In this document: positions 1 through 11,237 of the stretch, in pieces
How positions within the stretch are numbered: position 1 is the stretch's first letter
How the letters are laid out: each line of letters starts with the position of its first letter
From: Trichinella spiralis
Lineage: Eukaryota
Assembly (NCBI RefSeq): GCF_000181795.1
Contig: NW_003526945.1
Span: 5,675,503 to 5,717,308 of the forward strand
Length of the DNA stretch: 41,806 nucleotides
Reading direction: 5' to 3'
The notes under the pieces: model-generated
Told to the model about the DNA's origin: nothing
Databases searched by the model: none
Seen by the model: the letters and a program-made list of their open reading frames with translations, nothing else
Position numbers and translations under genes: made by a program

Positions 1-3000
1 TTTCCTCTCAGTTTCGATTGTTGACAATATTTTTCTTCCCTCTTTTTGAATAATGACCACCGTCGGATTGTTTTCGAAGAATAGCAGAAATTGGTCTTTT
101 CACAAATTTCGCCTAGTTTGAAAATTTGTGCGTAGAAAGTGAGTGATTTTTCAAAGATCCCTCCTTGTCAGCGGTGCGTGCAGTTGTTTGGAACATCGGC
201 AACGGCTCGTCAGATATTGGCGAACAAACGGCGTTGAATAATGCGAGGGAAAATTTTGATAAATTAATTAATTAATAAACAACTCTGTGATTAAATATTA
301 AAAATCTAATCATATGCAAATTTGGATGAAATGTGATTTGAATTTCAAAATTTGTTGATGAATATTTTTTGCGGAGGGGGGTTTTTTTTGTCGTCGTTCC
401 AAGAAAAATTATTGGCAATCGATTGAGGAAGTTTTGCTTTTTTTTTGTTGTTGTTGTCGTGAAGCACAGTTGAAAAAGCTGCAAAATTGCATTTGGAATA
501 AAAGTGACAGAAAATCAAAAGCATATATTCTTCGACGAACGCAAATATTACGATTGTTTTTATTCAAATAACAAAATTCAATTTGCATATGATGAAATTG
601 GGTTTATTATTTGTTCAATGGCAACAAATTTGTGATGAAAAATTAATTCATCGCAACGACAGCAATTGATGCATATATATTCAAGCAAAAAAGATATATT
701 GTAGAGCAAGATGTTTGTTTCGGCAAATTTCACAAGCATATTGCATATTGACTGTGGTATGTTTGTTGTTGCTTGTATGTATGCGTATCGTTTGCGATTG
801 TTCAAAATACAATTGATTGGAAAATTACATTCACGCGTTGATTGTACTTTGAAACATGAAAGCTGTTAAACATTGAATATTAATTATTCTTTTTTGACAC
901 TGCAGAGAAATTCAATTAAACAAATAAGCTTCATATTGTTATGCATTGATAATATGCAAAAATTATTTGAACTGCTGAAGTGAAATTTCATTCACAATTG
1001 GTTCACATTTGACCAAAAGAACTTATTTAATTTAATTAATCGAATGAAATTTATTCTCATGAACATCATCATTTCAATGTAACACTGCAGAGTGATATTA
1101 TTTTCAAATCAAAATCAATTTTTCAACAAAATGAAAAATATTTTTGAAAAACAGTTTAAAATGAACATTTTTATCGATTAAGTTTTTGTGAGACATTGAA
1201 GATTACTTTTTTACTTCAAAAAAGTATTTAAAACAAACATACAAATATAACAAACGCTATTCTTTTGTTCAATTAATCAATAAGTAAAACTATTTGTGCA
1301 AATGATTGAGTTGGTTTTCAGAATCTTAATTAATCACAAAATTGACATTCGTTTCTTTCTTCTGCTGCAAAAGCGGCAACAAAAAGCACAAAATTTATAT
1401 ATATATATATGTATATATATCCGCTTCATTGAATTTCCATTGTATATATGAAATTACTGATGCATATTTGTGTTCGAATTTGCTTTTATCAAAAAATAAA
1501 CAGGAAACGCGATGCTAAAAATGTACTAATAATAGAAAAGTTGAAACGTTTTGCCCAATTTTTGAAAAGAAAAAATTTCAGGTGATTATTAATTACTGTT
1601 CGATTTCAATTGCGACTTGTCAGCTTGTCAACTTCAACCACCCGGCAGGCAGTACATCACTTTGCTTAAATCAATCAATATCTAATCTTTCCCAACTTCT
1701 TTTGTTTGCCATTTAGCCAAAAGCAACTTATATATATTTCTTTCAAAAAAGTTTCCAGTTAAAAAAATTATGCGCATCAATTGAACAATGGATTCAATTT
1801 CCACGTAGCACAATTCAACGCAGCGCAAGCGAATTCACCACCATTTTCCTCATTATTAATTAGCCCCTTTCTGCAAATACACAATTCAATCCTTGTACAC
1901 TTTACGTAAACGCTAAAAATTACCATTATAGTACAATTAACTAATATGTTACCCTTTTTGTCACATGCCAACAAATTATTTGTAGTCAGCTAACTAACTA
2001 ACTAACCAACTGCACAAATTATACACTTCTTTGACTTTTCACAAATTCTTAATCATTGCTAATTAAGAAAAGTTTCGATACAAAAACTATTTACCAATAA
2101 TCTAAACATTTCTTAATAAAATGACAATTTAAGTAGAAAAAATACCCACAATGAAATAATTTACTTATATCATTACATTTCGTCAAGTGAATTTATTCAT
2201 ACAATTTTTATTGTTAAAAAATGACATGTCATTTTATGAACATTACATTTTAATTTCATTTCAACTATCATTTATTCAATATATAGTAAATTTTTGTATT
2301 TTTTTTAATATAAAACATTTTATTTTGTTCATTTTTCGACAAAATGAAATGTTTAATACTAAACAACTCTAAACACCGTTAATGATTTTCAAGTTTCAAT
2401 ATTTGAAATTTCAACAAGCGGGTAAATTTAGATGATGTATCGTAAGATTAAAATGTATTTCAAGTTATTCTCACGAGTTTCGGCCACTTTTTTGATGTAA
2501 TTAAATTGTAATGCAATTATTATAATTTGCAAAAAATTTTAATACTTCAATAACAAGAAGTATGCTTTTAATATTAATAAAACATTTTGAAAAATAATAA
2601 ATGAAATATGCAAATGTAAAAAAAGAACCATTTATTACTTAATTCATATTTGTAGAGTGCTTCATTGTTTCATATCAAAATGCCCAATTCGAAACAAGAA
2701 AAAGGGATTTCAAAACATTTTTATAACATTTTTTGTTGAAATTGAATCTTTTCAAATTCAATAATCTATTGATATTGTAATATATTCAAATTTTATCCTT
2801 GAATATGTATTAATTCAAAAACTAAATTACTGTAAAAAATTGAATAGAAAAAAAACGATTGTTTTTGTTTTGTCAAACTTTTACGTCTTATGATGTAATG
2901 TTTATGAATTTTAAGAGTGAATTTTATTGGGATTTGAGTTGAGTGAAATTTTCTTGTTAAACGTTTGTTGAAGATTAAATTTCTTTACAAAATAAAATGA

Positions 3001-3728
3001 ATCTAATAATAATAACATGTGAATGATATTTGGCAGAGTTTCATTTTTGGTATTTAATTACAGCGTCGGAATAAAGTAACGTTGCTGTTGATGCTTGTCC
3101 ATTTGCATGTCATTTAATAATTTGAACAATTTCTTTGCTCTTCTCAGATGTCTGGCCAGTTGTTGTTACCTTTGTTGTTCAGACGCAACACACTCGACAC
3201 TTATTCTATTCGAAATCGAGTTAGTGGCTTGAGCCGTCCGTGCTTTAGCAGCGTCGAACTTTATAGATATAATCCGCATCTTGATCCGATCGGATGTGCT
3301 TGCAGTTGTGCACTCACTAAGCTGCTTTTAAAACTTTGTAGCTTATGAATTGAACTGCGTCGTCTTTGCTCCAAGTCGGCGCACCATTATCAAACCCACT
3401 AGTTAGACTATTTTTGACGTTGGATTTTGAACACACGCTTGCCAGCCAAATTGCTGCCAGTGATTGGATGTTGCTGCGAAACGAGGAAAGTTCACAAAGG
3501 GTGTGTCCTTTATATGCATTTGGTTGGCAGTTGTTTGTCTGGTTTTTATCAAAAATCTCCAGCAACATAGTGCATATCTCGACTGCGAATTTATACGACC
3601 GCCATTAGAAAGCATCTTGGTGGTGCTAAATGCTAACTGTCTTGGCAATAGTCAGGTGTCAGTTTTGAAATTGCTAGTTAACTTTTCAGTTTCAATTTCT
3701 TGCGGATGATCGAACTGCCACTTTTGAA

Positions 3729-6659
3729 ATGTGGCATTTCAGCGCTTCAACGATGATAAAATTGTCGCCGTTTTGCCATGTTCTTCTGATATCAGTAGCA
3801 GCAGCTTCAACTTGGATTACTTTGGAAGACGAAGCAGATGTTGAACCTTTGGATGAATCTTGCGGTGGATTCGACCGTGCTGAATCGCAGCTGATGGAAT
3901 TTTCTAGCCCCAATTATCCGGCCGAATATCCGCCGAATATTATTTGCATTCGAAAAATCTGTGCACCGCCTGAAAACTCGGTTTACATAGACTTTCGAGG
4001 TAGCTTTTTTGAAATTGAAAGTCCACTGACTCCCGACTTTTGTCCTTTCGACTATTTGGAACTACGCAACGGACCGTATGGCTTCTCACAGCTAATCGGT
4101 CGATATTGTGGTTTCGGCTTTCCGCCTTTGATCAGCGCAGATTCTGGATGCGTTTGGATGCAATTCCGTTCCGACGGCTCCCTCCAAGGGCGTGGCTTTA
4201 AAGCGGTTTATCATTTTGTCCAAGCAATAGGTCAGATTATGTTTTATTGATCAAAAAAAATTCATTCTACTTTTTGATTTTCAGTACACAAATTTCACCA
4301 CAGTTCACTTTTAGATTTTCAATCGAAAAAAACAGAAAAATCTCCCAGTAATTGTCGTGCTTGCTTTGAAAAATGGATTAAAATTAATTTTTTATTTTTA
4401 AATTTATTCCAGAATGCGCATTTATCAATATTTTTGGGACGGAAACGGGAATGATCAATTCAGAAACAGTAAAAAAGCATTTTCGCAATCATTCGTCGGA
4501 CAGTTTGGATTGTGTTTGGAAAATTAAAGGAAGCAACGACAAACACAAGGTATGATGGCTATCTTTTTCTACTTTCTATCTTGTATTACCAGAAGAAGGC
4601 TCGTATGTTTTTTTTTGTTAATTTTTCTTTCGAGCATTCTGATGCATTCAATTTTCACTCATTTCAAATTTTGGATTTTCCCAAAACTCTTGATAATTTA
4701 GAGTATTGTTTGATGCACATTGGATTTTATATTTTTCTACAACTCACTTGGCAACGACAAATTTGAACAAACAATCAATTGTGACCACCAAGTGAAAGCA
4801 GGAATCGATTCATATTTAATCAATTTTTGATCAGTTCAGTGCAAAACTATTTGCATATTCAAATATTGCAAAAGTTATCAGACGGCATTGGGAACTACAG
4901 TATGATCAGTGTGGTTCACGTCATCAAGTAGGTAAAAGTGTAACAGTAAAATAGGTCTGTCCACTTGTGACAGAGACGAATGCACCAAGTGGTATTTTTA
5001 GCTGCTTTTCACCACTTTCATTTTCCAATTTGTAAATTAATTTCCATTTCAAAAATACATGAACAAAAAATACATTCAATTTGATGAAAGTTTATTTTCG
5101 ATTTTCCTTTCCTCGTTGGTTGTTGTTCGTCTAAAATTTGAATTCCGTGTAAATTTTCTGATCAACAGCAAAATTTTCATTTAAAATGTTTTAAATTTTT
5201 TGGATTTTTTTGAATTTAAAAGTAGTTTTTCAATCATTGAATCAATTCATTATTCCAAAAAACACGCAACATTGTTAGTCAAGTCAGCAATTTAAGGCTT
5301 CAAGGAAAATGTTTCAAATATTCAATTTTTCTTTTTGAAATTGAGAATATATTTATTGAAAAATTTATGATTATTCTTTATAATAATAATAATAATAACA
5401 ATAATGAAGTGTTGATTTTCAGCTGCGGCTTATATTTTCCGTCTTCAGTTTGGCATTTCCAAATGAATGCGAATTGAATTTTATCGAAATTTACCTCAGT
5501 CATACGGACAATTCTCACATGTCGAAACGCCTGTGCGGCACTTCTGCATCAGGAATGGATTTAGATTCAAATGTGGCTCATGTTCGTTTATTTTTACACC
5601 AACTCTCCATCGCTGATACAGTAGTTGAAATTTTGTATTATGCATATTTGAAAAGTGAGAAATTGCATCAAAAAGTATCAATTAAAACAGTTTTCATTTT
5701 CAGATTCGCAATGCCCCAAAAATTACTTTTCTTGTGGTGATAGCACTTGCATTCCGTATGCTTTGGTGTGCAATGGAAGATCCGACTGTACATCCGACTT
5801 CGATGAAACAAACTGCATTGAAGGTAAATAAAATGTTGGAGCTTTTAGTGTTTTTTGTTTTTCTTTTCGTAAATAGTGAATTGTAGTTTCTCTTTTGATT
5901 GGTTTAAATAAATTTAAATTTTCAGAAGTGACTTACAAGATGAAATTTACAAATAGTCCATATTTGGCTGTTTTTATTGTATTCATGGCGACTCTTGTAA
6001 TAATAAGTGTTGGAAGCATTTTGTGGCAGTTGAGCAAATGTTGTCGAAAGAAAGTTGAAAGGTCGACTGAAGAAGACCAATCCAACGGTGCTAATAGTGC
6101 ACTGACTGATGCAAAACCAAAAACTGAAGATTCACTTACAAATGAATTGAAGCTGAAGTTGGATGCTTGTAATCCAATAGCTGAATCACCTTATTCAACA
6201 AAAAAACATTGTCAACCGTCACTTGAAGACAATACTGGTATTAGTTCAACCGACATTGCCCTGCTGCATCCTAGAACTAAATTTGCCTTGAGAAATCACG
6301 TTTCCTTTAGTCAAGACGTACGCGGATGGCGTCTCAAGCCTTCAAAGCAGATTTTCAATGACCAGTCCATTCCAACAACATCTCAGCAGTCCGCTGTCAG
6401 ATTGAATGCAGAACCATTATTTACTGTCCACGATTCAAATTTACAGTTTCCATTGTCCACTTCCAAATTTCGCATACCCAGACCAAAGCCAATTTTACTT
6501 TCTACTTTCCAATTGCCTGCCTATTCCAGCAGTGCAAGGACGGATGCATCAACCAATGCGTCCAGTTCAGTGGATTCACCCTTTGCTCAAGATTCAACGA
6601 ATACGGGTTCGTCGGGTGAAATTTCAATTAATTCAGAACCATGTGAAATGATCGTCTGA
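3729..6659 (+). CDS. neto-1: NETO/SOL-2-like type I membrane protein (signal peptide, 2x CUB, LDLa, TM, cytoplasmic tail), ~595 aa
   Basis: Frame-consistent GT-AG exons 3729-4230, 4285-4347, 4413-4549, 5423-5654, 5704-5823, 5926-6659. CUB1: CGG..EFSSPNYPAEYP..C..CPFDYLELRNGPYGFSQLIGRYCG..WMQFRSDGSLQGRGFKAVY. CUB2: CAFI..GMINSE..LDCVWKI..LAFPNECELNFIEIY..RLCG. LDLa: CPKNYFSCGDSTCIPYALVCNGRSDCTSDFDETNC. TM: YLAVFIVFMATLVIISVGSILW. Orthology is inferred from architecture only. Confidence 0.85.
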
Positions 6660-7124
6660 GTAAATTGCACTCGAAAACTTATCTTTACCTACACATACGA
6701 TTATCTATCTATACATATATATATATATTTGTGTTTTTGTGTATTTTTTTTCAAACTTAATGTATAAAATTAATTAAAAGTTATTATTGTTCTGAAATAT
6801 TAATATGATAGCTTCAATTAAGCAGCATTCTGCATAACGCTCATGCAATACTTTAATTAATTGTGCCTGAAATATTTAATATCATTTCGAGATAAGAGAT
6901 TTTGAATTGCACAGTTGAATTGTTTAATAAATAATAAATTATTGGAAATAAATAAAATTACTACAAATAAGCTTTAATATAATTGTTTTAGGAAAATGCT
7001 TTCAACAAATGAAAATTAAAATTTTTCAATAAACAAATTTCTCCAAAGCAAAGCTTAGTACGTGTTGGACAGCTAGCCTTCAGATGAGGTTGTAAAATTG
7101 CACCCGACTCTGAGATCAGTACTG

Positions 7125-7149
7125 CTACTACTACTACTACTACTACTAC
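7125..7149. repeat. (CTA)n microsatellite
   Basis: About 8 CTA units between the convergent NETO-like and Ly6 genes. Confidence 0.9.
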
Positions 7150-7463
7150 ACAATATGTAAGCATTAATCTTCGTGTTCACTACTTGCAGCACGTGATTTG
7201 GAAGTGCATAACGTTTCAACTGCTCTTATTACGTTTTGGCTGTTTTCATAACGTTGAAGTAGTTTAGATTTTCAAGTTACCTTGTCAGAAGAGAAATCTA
7301 TATTGAAATTTACATAGTTTATTGATGTCTTATTATTTATTGTCTGGAAAATATCACTTTTAAATGTCGTCTGTTGTCATGGTTTGTTCTCTGTTTGGCT
7401 GTAATATTGAAAGTATCTATGTAAAGGAATTTTTAGTCAATTTTGAATTTAGCTTCGAAAACA

Positions 7464-8291
7464 CTAAATGACGATTTGCATTGAACTACTGATCGCAAAT
7501 AAGATTATACATAAAATTACAAGTGTCAAGGAACTTCGAACTGTTGAAGAAGAAGAGAAGAACTCTTGAGAACTCCAGCTGTTGCATTTTGAAGTGTTAC
7601 AGCAGCTATCACAGGTTAGCACAGTAATGCCATATCCTTTTCTAGAACACCTTGGATTACAGTTTGCCGAACAATCCCGAATCACTTCAGTTAAAATTCC
7701 ATTTACCAATTTTACAGTAGCCTAAAAGGGAAAGTACATTTTTATTTTTATTGTTCCAATTCTATCAAGTAATTACTTTGCATGCTGTTTCTTTAAGCGT
7801 GCATTCCCTTTGATTGTACGTGTCATTGCGCTCCAGTTTCAAACAGTCAATACTTGACTCATCAGATATTTTTTTGTACGAATGAACACAATAATGGCAT
7901 TGTAGTGCAAATACGGTGAGATAGAATGCTGAAATGATTTCAAGCTTAAATTTGAGTATACAGCTTTTGAAAATAATGAAGTGAATATGCGAACATGTTC
8001 CAAATTTGACATTTTACTTTTCTCTTTTAAATCACCATCAATAAATTAGCTTTTAATAACTTTTCTGAAAAATAAAAATGTAGTTCATTTTCTTAACAAA
8101 AGATTTTAAATTTAATTTAATTTAAAAATTCACTTATGCTTACTATATTAGTGTTGAATTTCAGATTTTGTAAAATTACAATTATTTGAAACTTCAAACA
8201 AACAAGCGTGGATTAGGTAAAGATAAAAACAAAAGAAATGGGAAATGGAACACTTACCTGACAGTGAAATTATCCTTAGCCAAATAGTCAT
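7464..8291 (-). CDS. Ly6/uPAR three-finger (quiver/sleepless-like) GPI-anchored protein, ~147 aa
   Basis: Exons 8258-8291, 7777-7928, 7464-7721 join in frame: signal peptide MTIWLRIISLSAFYLTVFA, then LQCHYC..DC..EC..ACK..RDCSANCNPRC..TCDSCCNTSKCN (CCxxxxCN signature), a Ser-rich omega region and a hydrophobic C-terminal GPI signal. Confidence 0.85.
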
Positions 8292-8811
8292 TACAATTTG
8301 AATTTGACGTGAACATACATTTCAAGACAGAATGTTCACAGATAGTAATTAATCGAATTATGCTCACGCTAGTCTATTATTCTCTATTATGAATGGATAA
8401 GCTTTACCTCCTGCCTGCTTCTCAGTTGAAAGAACTAATTTAATAACAATAATTTCTTTTCGTTTTATTTTAAAATCATCGACTGAAATGTTTAAATTCT
8501 TTCCGAAATCATCATTTTTGTATTGTGTCAGAAAAAAACAGTATGATCCATTCTAAAGTAAATTTATTGCAATTTCTCACAAATAATAAACGCTAAAACT
8601 TTGCAACTAGTTAACACTTAATGATTTCTGTAATAAATGTAATTAACAAAGCTACAAAACAATTCTTTAACTATTTGACAAATGCTGCTCGAAAGTCAAG
8701 TCAAAACTGCGGATAACAATATAGCTTGTAAAATTTGCTGACAAGTATTATAATGACTAGAATATGCAGAAAAAATTGAAAAAAGAAGAAAACAAAAAAA
8801 ATATATATATA

Positions 8812-9744
8812 TTATAAAGTGGTCTGGTAACGAAGTTTTCCAACTCCTGGAAGACCTGGAGAGCCCTCTGATCTGTACCAAACGCGGTAGGTAAAATACC
8901 AACAGCAAACAGCAATCACGGTTCCGGCAAATTTTTGCGCCAACGAATGAAAATAAAGAACAGTAACAATCAGCATCACTTCCCAAAGAAAGTTAAGCAT
9001 AGTTGTGCAGACGAAAAACAGTCGAATCCAAGATGTACAACGGCCGTATTCAATTTTGCAAAATTCAACTTCTGCATCGTTCAAATGTGCTAATTCTACA
9101 GAATCACGATTGTTGGAATCAAGCGCATATTTTATGTGATCCCAATATTTGAAAACTCTCAATTCTTCCGCCATAAGAAGGCAACAGTAGATAAGAAGAA
9201 AACAATGTCCAGATACGTCGAAAGAAAGCCAACGCCCGCCATTCATAAGACAGAGCTGCTTTTCAGCATAGCTTTTCTTTGTACAAAATCCAGTGCGTTT
9301 TTCAACGTGAACAAACATTGTTACGCAAAACCACCAAATAAAAGTCGAAATTATCATACGAAAAAAATGCGTTAACACATGTCGCAGATTTCCAATTGTA
9401 TAAACGTAAGAGGTTAGAACAATAAATGTTCCCAAAAAAGTAAATACCCATGCCCAACCCCATTTCACAAAATATAAATTAAATATATTATCTTTTCGCA
9501 CAAAGTAATGCCAACGTGATAAAGGACGCAAATCAGCAATTATTGAAGCTAACATAACGAATACTACATAAATTATTGCTCGCTTTTCAGCAGGAAACAA
9601 CATGTAGTTTCGAAATAGGTGAAGCATCATTGACGTGAAAATGCTTCCAAGACTTTCTGGAGGAGGAAGTGTACGCCTCGCAGGTGTTGATGATTCATTA
9701 ATGCCACTGCTATTGAATATCACATCGTTTTCTCTAATTCGACC
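8812..9744 (-). CDS. fitm-2: Fat storage-inducing transmembrane protein (FIT/FITM2, acyl-CoA diphosphatase family); 5' end uncertain
   Basis: Uninterrupted ORF with NIFNLYFVKWGWAW, FDVSGHCFLLIYCCLLMAEE (catalytic His plus FIT signature) and TVLYFHS (second His); several TM helices. CAG acceptor at 9745-9747. The start is either in an unidentified upstream exon or at the internal MM near 9630. Confidence 0.92.
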   Translation of the reverse strand, partial: GRIRENDVIFNSSGINESSTPARRTLPPPESLGSIFTSMMLHLFRNYMLFPAEKRAIIYVVFVMLASIIADLRPLSRWHYFVRKDNIFNLYFVKWGWAWVFTFLGTFIVLTSYVYTIGNLRHVLTHFFRMIISTFIWWFCVTMFVHVEKRTGFCTKKSYAEKQLCLMNGGRWLSFDVSGHCFLLIYCCLLMAEELRVFKYWDHIKYALDSNNRDSVELAHLNDAEVEFCKIEYGRCTSWIRLFFVCTTMLNFLWEVMLIVTVLYFHSLAQKFAGTVIAVCCWYFTYRVWYRSEGSPGLPGVGKLRYQTTL

Positions 9745-11237
9745 CTGTAGTAAAAACGTAAAATCAAAAATAATATATAAAATTATATCTGATATAATTA
9801 TGTTTAAAATTTGATTAGATTTGACTCATTAAATAACAATTTAAAAAATACTTCTTGAAATACTATAATATAATATACAGTAATATAAGCATACTGTAAT
9901 GTAGGCAACATTTTAAGTAAAATTAAAAGCATAAAATAAACGATTTTGAGAAAACAAGTATATGAAATTTAGTAAAAAGACAAATTTGTATAAATTCCAG
10001 AAAAAATTAATGTCTTGAAACGTTAAAAATGCGATATTCAGAGTTCAGGATAAAATGAGTCTGCCATAAACAGACGAGAGAACTGCAAAAAGCAAAGTAA
10101 AACATATTATACTGCGATTTAATTTATTATTCTTGTATAAATATAAAAAATGACACTAAATTTCATATGCAACAACAAATAAACATAAATGAGCATAAAA
10201 TGGAAAAACATAGTTAAGTGAAGATGGAAAAGTAAAATAATTTCATGCCTGTATAGAAATTTATTTCATGATTTTATAAAACAAATGCCACAAATAAATT
10301 AACTGAAACTTCTGAAAAAACGCTTGAAATTGAAAAGAAATGTCGCAATACAATGCACATAATATTAAAATATGCTTGCCTGGTTAAGAGAAGAAAAATT
10401 GCTTGAACGACGTGTTGACATTAGCAAAACCAAAGTGATGTAAAAAAATGAATTTCTGAATGATTTCAAAATGTCGACCAGATATAAATATTGTAAATTT
10501 GCGGTAGTATTTTTTAATTTTAATGAAAATTAAGTTTAACATGAAAATAAGTGCAAGTGCAAATTAAACACAAAATATATAATTTAACAGATTTCTATTC
10601 CATCAGTTAATTATGCATCAGGAATATGAAGAAAGATATTCATAAGAGAGTAGAAAGAGAAAAGGCGCTGTTTTCAACACGCAATTCAAATTCGTGAGAA
10701 TATTGAATTTAGCACCATTACGTGTACCAGTATCTTTAAGAATTGCCATTTAATTAACATTTTAAAATAGATTCATTAAAATTTATTACATACACATATA
10801 TTTCCTGCTAACTACGAAACACCGGCATTCTGCATTTAGTTAGAACCTGCCTTTCAGTAAGTACAGCATGAGGTGTGTGTGAATTGTTTTGCAGTGTTGT
10901 TGATTGATTCATAGCTGAACATTTGCTGCAGTGGTCATAATGTTGCTGATCAGTTTATTATAAAATTAATATATTCACAATAACTGTACTGCATTGACAC
11001 ATTATCTTTTAGTTTTTGATTCTACTTTTTCGTTTGAAAAATGTCATAGGCCATTTTTCGAAGTGAAATCAATACAAAGTGACAAAAATGGGAAAGTTCT
11101 GAAAAATGTTTGATGCTCTCAGTTTGATAAACACAGTAAACTGCGGAAAATAAAACAAATAAACAAACAAACAGATTAATAAATTGTCAGTGGCCGAGGA
11201 TATTAGTTCTTTTGTTGCTGTTCAGTTTAATAATAAA

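Noticed and set aside
272..2372. Short ORFs in the first 2.4 kb
   Set aside because: Low-complexity AT-rich translations with no motifs or coherent splice structure.
4790..5015. Imperfect inverted repeat (GTGAAAGCAG / CTGCTTTTCAC) in a NETO intron, possible MITE
   Set aside because: Short and imperfect, with no target-site duplication or second copy in the window.
10590..10725. Two successive hairpins with an ANANNA-like hinge (H/ACA snoRNA-like)
   Set aside because: No ACA box after the second hairpin, and the stems are weak and AT-rich.
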